Assembly: GCA_963703315.1 (NCBI GenBank)
Contig: OY969811.1
Coordinates: 3,840,001 to 3,904,000, forward strand
DNA length: 64,000 nucleotides
Origin: an uncultured cyanobacterium
GTDB lineage: Bacteria > Cyanobacteriota > Cyanobacteriia > Pseudanabaenales > Pseudanabaenaceae
Direction of reading: 5' to 3'
The notes under the pieces were generated by a model, which saw nothing but the letters and a program-made list of their open reading frames with translations, was not told the DNA's origin and made no database searches. The translations under genes and the position numbers were made by a program. Positions 1 to 10,420 of this stretch are shown here, one piece after another. Each line of letters begins with the position of its first letter. Position 1 is the first letter of the stretch.

Positions 1-2
1 AT

Positions 3-155
3 ATATTCTTACTGACACGAGATATTTCGGCTCCTAAAATAATATTAGAAAGATTGCCCCTAGATGTCAGGGAGCTATACGAACAGATGCGTCCCTGTAT
101 TCAGGAAGCAAGATTTCGTTTTCATGTCCGTGATGAAGATATTAATCGAGAGTAA
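3..155 (+). CDS. 3' end of an unidentified CDS running in from the window edge
   Basis: Open frame IFLLTRDISAPKIILERLPLDVRELYEQMRPCIQEARFRFHVRDEDINRE* from base 3 to TAA at 153-155. Confidence 0.4.
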   Translation: MFLLTRDISAPKIILERLPLDVRELYEQMRPCIQEARFRFHVRDEDINRE

Positions 156-299
156 ATGAGTCTGTTCTCGTTCCTACATCAACTTGGCAAATATAGCCAA
201 AACGCTAAAGAGAGTGGCGTTTTGGGATTGAGATCAAATTTAGATAAAACTCAAGCTAAACTAGGGAGAACGTCTTAACTAGAGCCAAGTTTAGTAACA

Positions 300-941
300 A
301 TGACCTCATCATCGATATCAGTTAGAGAATTGCCTCTGTTCCCCTTACCTGAGTTGGTACTGTTTCCCGGACAGTCTTTGCCACTTCACATTTTTGAGTA
401 TCGCTATCGCATGATGATCAATACAGTGTTGGAGAGCGATCGGATGTTTGGTGTGCTGATGTGGGACTCAGAGACGGGTAAACCTGCAAATATTGGTTGT
501 GTCGCTCAAATTGTGCAATATCATCGCCTACCAGACGATCGCTTCAAGATTTTGACAATGGGACAGCAACGCTTTCGAGTTTTAGAGTATGTACGAGAAA
601 CTCCCTATCGTGTGGGCTTAGTGGAATGGATTGAGGACGAACCTAGCAATGATGCACCATTTCTATTAGCCACAGAAGTTCGTGAATTGCTTAACGATGT
701 AATTCGGCTATCACAGAAGCTCACTGATCAAGAAATAGAGTTACCTAAAATTCCCCGTAGCCCCATTGAGTTGTCCTACTGGGTAGCTAGCAATTTTCAA
801 GGGGCAAGTCTAGAGCAGCAATCTTTACTAGAAACGCTTGACACTGCCGCAAGGTTACGCCGTGAAGCAGAGATATTATCTTCTACAAGAAGTCAATTGG
901 CGGCTCGTACAGTTTTAAAGGATACTTTTAAGGAAATCTAG
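300..941 (+). CDS. LON peptidase substrate-binding (N-terminal) domain protein
   Basis: ELPLFPLPELVLFPGQSLPLHIFEYRYRMM is the LON_substr_bdg signature; no ATPase or protease domain. Confidence 0.9.
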   Translation: MTSSSISVRELPLFPLPELVLFPGQSLPLHIFEYRYRMMINTVLESDRMFGVLMWDSETGKPANIGCVAQIVQYHRLPDDRFKILTMGQQRFRVLEYVRETPYRVGLVEWIEDEPSNDAPFLLATEVRELLNDVIRLSQKLTDQEIELPKIPRSPIELSYWVASNFQGASLEQQSLLETLDTAARLRREAEILSSTRSQLAARTVLKDTFKEI

Positions 942-1035
942 AAATTCACGATTCTCTAAGAAATCTATCGGAATCTTAAGGATAAAGAAAAGTCGTATTT
1001 ACTTAGATTTTTTTACAATCTTCACTACAAGAGGC

Positions 1036-3384
1036 ATGGGCAGAATGTTTGTTCTTTTGAGGCAACAACTAAAGCCATTCCCAAGAATTGTAGCAATTGT
1101 TATGCTAGCTCTGGTTTACTATGCAACAGCAGAGCTTTCACGTCATGTCGCAGCTACACCCCAAGCCGTTACACCTGTATGGCCACCTGATGGATTTGCG
1201 GCTGCGGCAGTCCTCACTTTTGGGATTCAGATCTTACCTGGAGTTTTCATTGGTTCATTTCTGGCAAATATCTGGGCGTTTTTTAATGCTGATAGTTTGT
1301 ATATGGGCATTACCTCAACTTTACAGGTCATAGGAATCGCGATCGGTACAACAATTGGGGCTGGGGTAGGTAACTATTTATTACGTCGGTCAATTAAAGG
1401 AAGAGATCCTTTCCGTAAGTTGAATGATACCTATAAATTCCTCGGTTTTATCGGTCTTGTAATACCAATAATTAATGCCACTATAGGTGTGATTTGTCTA
1501 TGCTTAGGAGGTAATGTTTCTTGGTCAGCATTTGTTCAGACTTGGCTAACTTGGTGGATTTCCAATGTTGCAGGGATATGCATATTTACTCCAGCTATTC
1601 TAAGTTGGTATACACTTAGATTCAAGATAATCAGAAACCATGTAACTTCATCAAGTTCAAACCGAAGCAATACAAAAGAAACTAAGCAATGGAAAATTAG
1701 GATATGGCGAGTTTCTGAAGCAGTAATTTTAACCTTAATTGTTTTTTATATTAGCCTTATTTCTTTCTATGAAAATTATCATCTTGAATACATCTTACTG
1801 CCTTGTTTAGTATGGTCAGTACTACGATTTGGTCAGTTTGGAGCAACTAATTTAATTGTCATCATCACGATGATTGCTGTTTTAGGAACTGTTAGAGAAT
1901 TAGGTACATTTGCCTTTAACAATTCTCATTACTCACTGATTTTATTACAGTCTTTTATTATTGTGATTGTAGTTACGACATTAAGCTTAAATGCCATATT
2001 ATCTGAAAAGCAACAAGCGATCGCCAATCTCCAGCATTCAAAAACAAGATTAACAAATAAATCTAATCAGCTTGAAAGTAGTAAAGCTATTCTCAAAACA
2101 ACTGCATTAATGTTAGAACAAAAAAATGCTGCATTAACTGAAGCTAAGAAGTTTGCCGAGAAAGCAAGTCTCACGAAGACTGAATTTTTATCTAACATGA
2201 GTCATGAGTTAAGAACGCCACTCCATGCAATTTTAGGCTTTGTTCAATTATTACAAGAGTCTCCAAATTTAGATCAACAAGATAAGTCTGATCTGCAAAC
2301 TGTCTATAAATCTGGCATCCATTTATTAAACTTAATTAATGATATTCTCGACATTTCTAAAATTGAAGTTGGTAAATTAGAACTGCAATCACAGGATATA
2401 TTTTTTTACGTGTTTCTAAAGGATTTAGTAGAAATCAATCGAATTCAAGCTGTACAAAAAAAAATTAATTTTTTCTATGATTTTTCTGACAACCTACCTG
2501 AATTAGTACTTGCAGATGCCAAAAGATTAAAACAGGTAATCTTGAATTTATTGAGTAATGCAATTAAATTTACGGATCAGGGTTATGTAATATTTAGAGT
2601 TAGAGCGGATCAGGTGGAAGGAGTAGATGATGAGATAATCAAGCCGCGTATGTTAATTCATTTTGAAGTAGAAGATACTGGTATCGGTATTCCAGAAGAC
2701 AAATTAGAATCAATTTTTTTACCATTCGAGCAAACAGGAGATACAAAATTTAAGGTTCAAGGCACTGGTTTAGGACTAGCGATTAGCCAAAAGATTCTGG
2801 CAATGATGGATAGTAAAATTACTGTTAGTAGTCAAAAAGGAGTTGGTAGTATTTTTCGCTTTACAATCTGTCTCGAAACTCCTAAATCGACGCTTGTAGA
2901 TCAACTGCATGATTCTATCGATAGGTGTGCAATCAATCAGGAATTTCCTTTTGATCGAAATTTAGCTAAACAATTACCCTTGAAGATTTTACTAGCTGAA
3001 GACAATATTATTAATCAGAAAGTTGCCCTAAAAATTTTGAATCAATTAGGTTATGAAATTAGTATTGTTAATAATGGGGTGAAAGTTTTAGAGGCTCTCA
3101 ATGAGCATATCTATGATGTAATTTTGATGGATGTCCAAATGCCTGAGATGAATGGGATTGAAACTACGAAACAGATTTTACAAAATCAAAGCTTGAGCCA
3201 ACGACCTTATATCATTGCGATGACGGCAAATGCGATGGACGGCGATCGCCTGATTTGTTTAGAGGCTGGTATGGATGACTACATTAGTAAGCCCATTGAT
3301 GTGAACTTATTAGTAGAGGCTCTTTGGAAATCGCAATATCATAGACAGGGCAATGATACTTTTTCGGGTGTTGTCGATACCTGA
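1036..3384 (+). CDS. MASE1-domain hybrid sensor histidine kinase/response regulator
   Basis: MASE1 (VWPPDG, TWWISN, many TM helices), H-box FLSNMSHELRTPL, N/G boxes, receiver ILMDVQMP. Confidence 0.92.
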   Translation: MGRMFVLLRQQLKPFPRIVAIVMLALVYYATAELSRHVAATPQAVTPVWPPDGFAAAAVLTFGIQILPGVFIGSFLANIWAFFNADSLYMGITSTLQVIGIAIGTTIGAGVGNYLLRRSIKGRDPFRKLNDTYKFLGFIGLVIPIINATIGVICLCLGGNVSWSAFVQTWLTWWISNVAGICIFTPAILSWYTLRFKIIRNHVTSSSSNRSNTKETKQWKIRIWRVSEAVILTLIVFYISLISFYENYHLEYILLPCLVWSVLRFGQFGATNLIVIITMIAVLGTVRELGTFAFNNSHYSLILLQSFIIVIVVTTLSLNAILSEKQQAIANLQHSKTRLTNKSNQLESSKAILKTTALMLEQKNAALTEAKKFAEKASLTKTEFLSNMSHELRTPLHAILGFVQLLQESPNLDQQDKSDLQTVYKSGIHLLNLINDILDISKIEVGKLELQSQDIFFYVFLKDLVEINRIQAVQKKINFFYDFSDNLPELVLADAKRLKQVILNLLSNAIKFTDQGYVIFRVRADQVEGVDDEIIKPRMLIHFEVEDTGIGIPEDKLESIFLPFEQTGDTKFKVQGTGLGLAISQKILAMMDSKITVSSQKGVGSIFRFTICLETPKSTLVDQLHDSIDRCAINQEFPFDRNLAKQLPLKILLAEDNIINQKVALKILNQLGYEISIVNNGVKVLEALNEHIYDVILMDVQMPEMNGIETTKQILQNQSLSQRPYIIAMTANAMDGDRLICLEAGMDDYISKPIDVNLLVEALWKSQYHRQGNDTFSGVVDT

Positions 3385-3433
3385 AAAGTTGCAAAATCTA
3401 GAGATTTTTAATTTTTTGTGAGGAGAAATAGTA

Positions 3434-4516
3434 GTGAATATTGGCGTACCAAAAGAAATTAAAGATCAAGAGTTTCGGGTGGGATTGACACCTGCGGGTG
3501 TAGCCACTTTGACGGCGCGATCGCATCAAGTTTTTATCGAGACAAATGCGGGGCTTGGTTCTGGTTTTAGCGATCAAGAGTATATCCAAGCAGGGGCAAA
3601 AATTGTCGCCACATCTCAAGAAGTTTACGCTCAAGCGATGGTGGTGAAGGTAAAGGAACCTTTGCCCAGTGAATATGGCTTGTTGCATCCGCAGTTGATT
3701 TTATTTACCTATCTCCATCTTGCCGCCGATCGCCAACTCACCGAAGCTCTCATTAAATCAGGTGCAACCTGTATCGCCTATGAAACGGTGCAACTAGATA
3801 ATGGTCAGTTACCTCTGCTCGTACCGATGAGCATTATTGCAGGAAGGTTGTCAGTACAGTTTGGGGCGCATTACTTAACCAAGCAACAGGGCGGTAGTGG
3901 CGTTTTACTCGGTGGTATTCCGGGGGTGCGATCGGGTCATGTAGTCGTGCTGGGTGGCGGCGTAGTCGGTACTGAAGCGGCAAGAATGGCGATCGGTTTA
4001 GGGGCAAGAGTGACAATTCTTGATGTCAATATTAATCGCCTTGGAGAATTAGAGTCTCTGTTTGGTTCTAGAGTTCAGCTTTTATATAGTAATGCGAGTA
4101 ATATTACTGAGTCAGTGATGGCAGCAGATCTGGTTATCGGAGCCGTCTTGATTACTGGCAAACGCGCCCCGACTTTAGTAACCCGTGAATTAGTGGCAAA
4201 AATGCGATCGCACTCTGTCATCGTCGATGTAGCCGTTGATCAAGGCGGATGTATTGAGACAGTCAGACCAACTTCACATACAGAGCCTGTTTATGAAGAG
4301 GAAGGGGTTTTACATTATGGTGTGCCTAATATGCCGGGGGCAGTACCTTGGACAGCAACACAGGCATTAGTAAATGCAACGCTTCCCTATACCTGCGCGT
4401 TGGCAGATTTTGGTTTGGAAGCACTAAAACGCGATCGCGTTTTGGCAAAGGGCTTAAATATTCAAAATGGTCGGATTGTCTACGATGCTGTTGCCGAAGC
4501 ATTTCCTGATTTATAG
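3434..4516 (+). CDS. ald: alanine dehydrogenase
   Basis: IGVPKEIKDQEFRVGLTP, GGGVVG, VDVAVDQGGC, VPNMPGAVP; GTG start. Confidence 0.96.
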   Translation: MNIGVPKEIKDQEFRVGLTPAGVATLTARSHQVFIETNAGLGSGFSDQEYIQAGAKIVATSQEVYAQAMVVKVKEPLPSEYGLLHPQLILFTYLHLAADRQLTEALIKSGATCIAYETVQLDNGQLPLLVPMSIIAGRLSVQFGAHYLTKQQGGSGVLLGGIPGVRSGHVVVLGGGVVGTEAARMAIGLGARVTILDVNINRLGELESLFGSRVQLLYSNASNITESVMAADLVIGAVLITGKRAPTLVTRELVAKMRSHSVIVDVAVDQGGCIETVRPTSHTEPVYEEEGVLHYGVPNMPGAVPWTATQALVNATLPYTCALADFGLEALKRDRVLAKGLNIQNGRIVYDAVAEAFPDL

Positions 4517-4542
4517 CGATCGCCACTTGCTTTACTGCCTAC

Positions 4543-4678
4543 AAAAAAAGAGAATTGCCGCGCTAAGCGCGGCAATTCTCTTTTTTTTGTATAACTGTCG
4601 CCAGTTTTGTTAGGACAAATCAAAACCCAAGAAGAGAAGAGTGGCGGCGCGAAGCGCCGCTACTCTCTTCTTGGGTTT
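4543..4678. repeat. two tandem GC-core palindromic repeats (REP-like / terminator hairpins)
   Basis: AAAAAAAGAGAATTGCCGCGC-TAAG-CGCGGCAATTCTCTTTTTTT and AAACCCAAGAAGAGA..GGCGGCGCGAAGCGCCGC..TCTCTTCTTGGGTTT. Confidence 0.8.
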
Positions 4679-5079
4679 ATTGAGAGCTAATATTCAGCAA
4701 AAAGTATTACTTCTTTAGGAAGAGTTACACAAAAAATCTATATCAAGATATTTTGTAGGGAACCTTGTTTTAAAAACTCTGTCTTAACCCCTATAAGCGA
4801 TGATTAAACTGAAATTTAATATCAGCATAAGCGCTTTATATTCGTATTTGAGTCAAAAGATCTTCTAAATATCTAATTAACGTTATTTATCCATGATTTA
4901 TTAGATCTTGAGAAATTTAGATTGATGTACAGAGTGTCTACTCGACAGGATCTAAATCTTCAAAATAGAGGCGATTTGATCAGATAAAACGAAAATTTAA
5001 TTGATGTTCTGAAGTGCGGCTCATTGACCATCTAAATGCTCGCTCACATTTACTTATTAATCCTCAAGGAGAAACGTTA

Positions 5080-5637
5080 ATGGCTCTCGTCTCAACATTT
5101 GAACTTCTTTTCAAGCCCCAGCTTCCCAAGTCCATTACCGCAACAGTCCCTAAGCTAACCTCAATCACTAGAAATATCCTCCAAGGCTATTTTCTATCGA
5201 TCGCCAATGTAACGGATCAATTGGTCAACCTCACTGTAGTCTTTACGATTAAGACCTCGACTAAGTTGAAGAAGACCGACTTGATCACCTTTTTGGACAG
5301 CACTGGTGTTAATGGACCAGCTAGTCTTGTAAAGTTTGAAGAAAATGCAGATATCAAGAAATTCTATTTTGCATTTCCCCTCAACAAGCAAGATACAGGG
5401 CTATTTCTTCTCCAAGCCAATGTTCTTGATTCGGACATTTTTAAAGCCTTAAACTTTGAAGAGAGAGGATATGTAGAGATCTTCATTTCAGACAATTCTC
5501 CATCTAACACAACAAAGTTGCTGATTACTCCTGAGCATCGCGGTACATTCTTTGGAGAGAATAAAGCAGAAGCTGGAGAAGTAGCCTATGCCTTACCTCT
5601 TGCTAGCGGTAAAGCTCTCTTTGAGTTAAGCAAATAG
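5080..5637 (+). CDS. hypothetical protein
   Basis: ORF; AGGAG SD upstream of ATG 5080 (preferred over GTG 5014). Confidence 0.7.
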   Translation: MALVSTFELLFKPQLPKSITATVPKLTSITRNILQGYFLSIANVTDQLVNLTVVFTIKTSTKLKKTDLITFLDSTGVNGPASLVKFEENADIKKFYFAFPLNKQDTGLFLLQANVLDSDIFKALNFEERGYVEIFISDNSPSNTTKLLITPEHRGTFFGENKAEAGEVAYALPLASGKALFELSK

Positions 5638-5712
5638 AAACAAAATCAGGAGATGAAGCCCTTGCTTCGCTCCTGATTCTGCATCATATCAAATATTAAG
5701 TATTACCAGCTT

Positions 5713-6564
5713 ATGTCAGATTCTCATTACCCTAGCTACGAGAAGATATCGAATAGCCAAGTACTGCTACATCCTAGCCCTAAAGGGATAATTCAGTTTA
5801 TTGGTGGCTTCGTATTTGGTGCTTGTCCTGCTTGGTCATATAAATATTTGCACCAGTTTCTCTTTGATCAAGGTTATTCGATCATTCTGTACCCATTCCC
5901 TTTTAATCCATTTCAATTCAATCATTGGGAAGTATCTCTAGAGTTACTGAAAGAACAAAAACTATTGAAGACCCAAATCGTGGAGTTCTTGAAGCAACGT
6001 CATCAACCCATTGATGTTGTTGGACTTTACGCTAAGCAAGAGAGTTATCTATGGTTGGGTCATAGTCTTGGATGCAAATATATCATTCTGCTTGAAATTT
6101 TGAGTAATCCCCCAAAAAGACGAGAAGAAATTCTCAAAAAATCTTTGGATGAAGTAGATGCGAAGGACATCCTTGATAAAATCAAACAGGCAAACTTAGA
6201 GGAATCAATCAACCCAAATTTCATTCGTAATCAGCCTTCCGTCTTGCTTGCTCCTGAAATCAGTAACACTGTGAGATTTCTTAGGTCAGGTTGGCGAGTT
6301 TCCAATAACAGAGCTAAACCTAATCAGCAACAAACTGAAAGTTTAATTCGTGCTAGTAACGAACTTTTTAATCTCACTGGGATTATCTCTTTCAGTCAAG
6401 ATGCGATCGCTGAAGATGATGTTGTATTTTTAAGAGAGCAGTTTCAAGGCAAAAATAAGTCTTTATATCAAGAGATATGGGGATGGCATCTTGAACCTTT
6501 GAATATTCGTATTGAAGATATTGGTCGTGGGATTGTCAGTTTCTTTGACCAGTTAAAACTGTAG
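5713..6564 (+). CDS. DUF1350-like alpha/beta-hydrolase fold protein
   Basis: PKGIIQFIGGFVFG and nucleophile elbow WLGHSLGCK. Confidence 0.75.
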   Translation: MSDSHYPSYEKISNSQVLLHPSPKGIIQFIGGFVFGACPAWSYKYLHQFLFDQGYSIILYPFPFNPFQFNHWEVSLELLKEQKLLKTQIVEFLKQRHQPIDVVGLYAKQESYLWLGHSLGCKYIILLEILSNPPKRREEILKKSLDEVDAKDILDKIKQANLEESINPNFIRNQPSVLLAPEISNTVRFLRSGWRVSNNRAKPNQQQTESLIRASNELFNLTGIISFSQDAIAEDDVVFLREQFQGKNKSLYQEIWGWHLEPLNIRIEDIGRGIVSFFDQLKL

Positions 6565-6819
6565 CTAGTTAGGACAAAACCCAAACCCAAAAGAAGGTTG
6601 CAGCAATGATTGCTGCAACTTTCTTTTGGGTTTGGGATATTTTTGTTTTTTGAAGATGTTAAAAAACTCTGTGGGTTTGGGTAACATCTTGCTTGTTACA
6701 AACAGAGTAACTTCTATACTTAAATATATTCTAAATTATATATTTTTTATATATTTTATATATTTCAAAAGAGTTGCTAAAGACGGAGACCAAGTTAGGG
6801 TCTAAGATGAGGACAAATC

Positions 6820-7866
6820 ATGAAAGCAGTGCGATTAAATCTTGAAGATAGACAGGCTTGGCAGAAACTACAACACGTTCTGACTAGTCTTGCTTCCGAT
6901 TATATGGATCTAGTGGCTGCTGAGCAAACAGAATTTAAGTTTGAGCAGCAAGTTCTATCCATTGCTTTTACGCTGATTACTTCTAACTCCGATCGCGATC
7001 GCCTAAATGAGTTTACACAAAGTATTGATCGATATTTCAATCGCCTACAGTTAGTTGGGGTACGGCGCATTGAATGGGAGTTTTACATCATTGGGGAAGA
7101 TGTACCAGTTTTAGCTCAAGGACGCGATATTGCCTATATTGCTGCACCTGCGCCATTACCGACTAGTGCCATCACTCGTAATGATGCTGCTACGCGATCA
7201 CCTGTTCGTAATTCACCACAGGGTTCCATCGCCAAAGGAAAATCTCAAGCTAAGAACCTCGTGCGTCGTTTGCGGGGGTGGTTAACTGATCCCAAAAACA
7301 TAGAAGCCGCAAGAACCGCTAGCCGCATTACCATTCGCGATCCTAGAGGAGCCTTAGAGGCAGTCCGCACCACGACGATCGCCAAGTTTAACGACACAAT
7401 TCAATGGGTTGACACTTTCCCTTGGGAAAATTGGACAAAGGAAAAAGCACAGCAAATCAAGCGTCGCCATCAACGTAATTTAGTGCGAGCAGTGATTGAA
7501 GATGTACTGTTTTTAGGAGTATTGCTGATCTGTCTATATTGGTTGACAGAAGCACTCTCAGGACCAACGCTCAATCTTGCACTTTTACCGAAGCAACACC
7601 ACGAAACAAGTATTGCTACTGTGAAGTACCGTTGTGGGAATCCTGCGGTATCGCTGAAAAACTATGTTTGTTTAGGTCGGGGGATGAACTATAACCAAGT
7701 AGCTAGCATCTTAGGGGGTGATGGTAAGCCTTTAGGAATTGATCATAAATTTGGCGATCGCGCCGTGATTGTGAGTTGGTCAAGCCCAGATTTAGTGATG
7801 AATGCCACTTTTGTGAATGACAAGCTAATTTCAAGATCATATCGACAACTGACTGCTAGCAGATAA
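6820..7866 (+). CDS. hypothetical membrane protein, C-terminal DUF3862/BLIP-like domain
   Basis: One TM segment; C-terminal GMNYNQVASILG...VSW...ATFVNDKL pattern. Confidence 0.6.
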   Translation: MKAVRLNLEDRQAWQKLQHVLTSLASDYMDLVAAEQTEFKFEQQVLSIAFTLITSNSDRDRLNEFTQSIDRYFNRLQLVGVRRIEWEFYIIGEDVPVLAQGRDIAYIAAPAPLPTSAITRNDAATRSPVRNSPQGSIAKGKSQAKNLVRRLRGWLTDPKNIEAARTASRITIRDPRGALEAVRTTTIAKFNDTIQWVDTFPWENWTKEKAQQIKRRHQRNLVRAVIEDVLFLGVLLICLYWLTEALSGPTLNLALLPKQHHETSIATVKYRCGNPAVSLKNYVCLGRGMNYNQVASILGGDGKPLGIDHKFGDRAVIVSWSSPDLVMNATFVNDKLISRSYRQLTASR

Positions 7867-7941
7867 ACATATAAAATACATATAAAATAATAGGAGGTTC
7901 GCTTTGCGAACCTCCTATTATTTTGAGTTTTAAGACTTACC

Positions 7942-8688
7942 TTGAAAAGATTGTTTAAAGTTACAAGTCTATTAACTTGGGTGATGCTTGCAAATATCGT
8001 CATCTCCACAGGGCAAGCGATCGCCGCAAATTTTCCAAACTCTAAACGGCTCCAGTCGCCCAAAACGACTCAAGCGGACAAACGTACCGCCGATGAATAT
8101 CGCCAGATGGGGCTTGCTTATCGTAGGGAGGAACGCTTTGATGAGGCGATCACCGCTTTGCAAAAGTCAGTTACCCTAGATCCACAAAATCTTGATGGTA
8201 GAATTATTCTCGGTTGGACACAGCATCTCTCGAAGAAACACGATGAGGCAGCACAGTCGCTCTGGAGTGCCATTTATCTATCTCCAACATCACTACAAGC
8301 ATTTAATGCGATCGGGATCGTTTATCTAGTACGTGGCGATTTATCACAATCGGTACTACTCCATAGTTGGGCAGCAATGCTCAAGTCTGACAACGAAATT
8401 GCCCATTACAATCTCAGTCTCGCTTATCAGCGCTTACAACAATATGATCTGGCGATCGCCTATGCTCAAAAAGCGATCGAACTAGAACCAAATAATCCAC
8501 ATCCTTTTGTGGCTAGTGCGATCGCCCAATGGACAGCAGGCGATCGCACTGGAGCAAAGAAAATATTTCGTGAGGCGATCGGTGTGGACGGAAGATATCG
8601 CAGTCCTGAGTTTTTAAACTTTCTCAACGAAGCGGGTTTTAGTAGCGATCAAGTTCAAACCGCTAAACAGGTATTGGCAAGCTTATAA
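7942..8688 (+). CDS. tetratricopeptide repeat protein with signal peptide
   Basis: Repeated TPR motifs (AHYNLSLAY..., AFNAIGIVY...). Confidence 0.85.
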   Translation: MKRLFKVTSLLTWVMLANIVISTGQAIAANFPNSKRLQSPKTTQADKRTADEYRQMGLAYRREERFDEAITALQKSVTLDPQNLDGRIILGWTQHLSKKHDEAAQSLWSAIYLSPTSLQAFNAIGIVYLVRGDLSQSVLLHSWAAMLKSDNEIAHYNLSLAYQRLQQYDLAIAYAQKAIELEPNNPHPFVASAIAQWTAGDRTGAKKIFREAIGVDGRYRSPEFLNFLNEAGFSSDQVQTAKQVLASL

Positions 8689-8735
8689 ATTCCCAACTTA
8701 GAAGAAGGATTGCAAAGCAATCCTTCTTCTAAAAT

Positions 8736-9872
8736 TTAGCGCTCGTTGATTGGTACATAAGTGACATCATGCAAGCCTGTATACATTTGCGTAGGACGGA
8801 ACAAACGATTGTCAGAAAGTTGCTCTTTCCAATGCGCTAGCCATCCAGGAACACGGGCGATCGCAAAAATAGTCGTAAATAAATTACTAGGAATACCTAG
8901 TTTCTTATAAACCAATCCCGAATAGAAATCCACATTTGGATGAATTCCCTTACTAGCAAGCTTATCATAGGCTTGCTTCTCTAGTTCTAGAGCAACGTCA
9001 TAGTAAGGATCATGACCAAATTTATCAAATAACTCATGGACTAAACCTTGCAGCACGATTGCACGAGGATCTTTGACTTTATAAATGCGATGTCCAAAGC
9101 CCATGATCTTCTCTTTGCGCTCAATTTTGCGCTCAAGATAGGCAGTAACATTTTCGACAGAACCAATTTCTTCGAGCATGATCATCACTTCTTCATTGGC
9201 TCCACCATGCAAAGGTCCTGCCAAAGTTCCAATCGCCGAAGTCATCACTGCGTATGGATCAGTAAGTGTAGAAGCTGTCACCAAAGCCGCAAAAGTAGAA
9301 GCATTGACAGTATGTTCTGCATGAAGAGTTAAACATACATCAAAAACATAAGCCGCTAAGGGATCAGGAACCTTCTCATTGAGCATATAGAGAAAATTAG
9401 AAGCATAGTCCAAATCATCACGAGGCATCACAGGATCATTTCCTTGACGCATCATGTTAAAAGCAGCGACCATCGTTGGTACTTTGGCAAGTAGCCGCAC
9501 CGTTGCTTGATAGATATAGTCAAAGTCATGAAAATTACCCAAAGGATAAAACATTCCTAAAGCCGCGACACTCGTTTGCAGCGCATCCATTGGATGAGCA
9601 TTATCAGGGAAGGACTTAATCATGTCGCGAATACGATATTTAATTCTTCTTCTATGGGTAATATCGTGTTCAAATTCCTTTAGTTGAATTGGTTTTGGCA
9701 ATTCACCGAAGATTAATAAGTAACTGGTTTCAAGGAAATTACTATGTTTGCAAAGATCCTCAATACGGATACCTCGATATTCGAGCAACCCTGATTTACC
9801 ATCAACATAACTTATGTTGGACTGGGTTGCAGGAACTCCTTCTAAACCAGGCTTATATTCTCCGATCGCCAT
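8736..9872 (-). CDS. gltA: citrate synthase
   Basis: YKPGLEGV, LHAEHTVNAST, GPLHGGAN, MGFGHRIYKVKDPR, PNVDFYSG. Confidence 0.97.
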   Translation of the reverse strand: MAIGEYKPGLEGVPATQSNISYVDGKSGLLEYRGIRIEDLCKHSNFLETSYLLIFGELPKPIQLKEFEHDITHRRRIKYRIRDMIKSFPDNAHPMDALQTSVAALGMFYPLGNFHDFDYIYQATVRLLAKVPTMVAAFNMMRQGNDPVMPRDDLDYASNFLYMLNEKVPDPLAAYVFDVCLTLHAEHTVNASTFAALVTASTLTDPYAVMTSAIGTLAGPLHGGANEEVMIMLEEIGSVENVTAYLERKIERKEKIMGFGHRIYKVKDPRAIVLQGLVHELFDKFGHDPYYDVALELEKQAYDKLASKGIHPNVDFYSGLVYKKLGIPSNLFTTIFAIARVPGWLAHWKEQLSDNRLFRPTQMYTGLHDVTYVPINER

Positions 9873-10029
9873 AAATTAGCTACCTTACAAGGTTAATTTT
9901 GTTGTTTCTTAATTATTTTATCGTTATGTATGCTTGTGACTGTGCATTCAGAACAATCAATCTAAAAAGCCAGAGAGTAACCAAATGTCTCCCTGACTTT
10001 TGAGGTTTTATTGTAATTTCAAGCTGAAA

Positions 10030-10164
10030 TTATTGGAATGGGTTATTGCCATATTTACCAAATAGAGTAGCTTCGCCCTTAATGACGGCTTTGCCGAGAT
10101 TAAAAGCTGCCCAAAAAACTACCAAAACGACAGGGCCCAATACTACTAGTACTCTCCAGTCCAT
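10030..10164 (-). CDS. psbY: photosystem II protein Y (not in ORF track)
   Basis: Manual translation MDWRVLVVLGPVVLVVFWAAFNLGKAVIKGEATLFGKYGNNPFQ* (44 aa); MDWRxxxVLxP...WAxxN is the PsbY pattern. Confidence 0.85.
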   Translation of the reverse strand: MDWRVLVVLGPVVLVVFWAAFNLGKAVIKGEATLFGKYGNNPFQ

Positions 10165-10268
10165 ATATTTATACCTAAATTAAATAAAATTACATAGAAA
10201 TTGCTTTTAGTATTTATTATGCCAGTAAACCCGATCAAAAAGTAAAAGGTAAGCCTGAGCTTGACTAC

Positions 10269-10371
10269 TAAGTAGCTGAGCATAATTAAAAACCAGAGTA
10301 AAACCTGTGGCGCACGCTGCGCGTGCGCCACAGGTTTTTGAGTTTTATATTTAATTGCGCCCAGCTACTTA
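10269..10371. mobile_element. MITE-like element family A
   Basis: Imperfect TIR TAAGTAGCTGAGCATAATTAAA / TTTAATTGCGCCCAGCTACTTA around hairpin AAAACCTGTGGCGCACGC-T-GCGCGTGCGCCACAGGTTTT; inverted copy at 15258. Confidence 0.7.
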
Positions 10372-10420
10372 CCTTTTAGTCAGTTTGTGTTATATGTCAT
10401 CTGTCTAGATTGAAATTTTT

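Noticed and set aside
10146..10331. 61-aa ORF, and similarly 15366..15563 and 47081..47317
   Set aside because: They run through MITE/REP hairpins and have no protein-like features.
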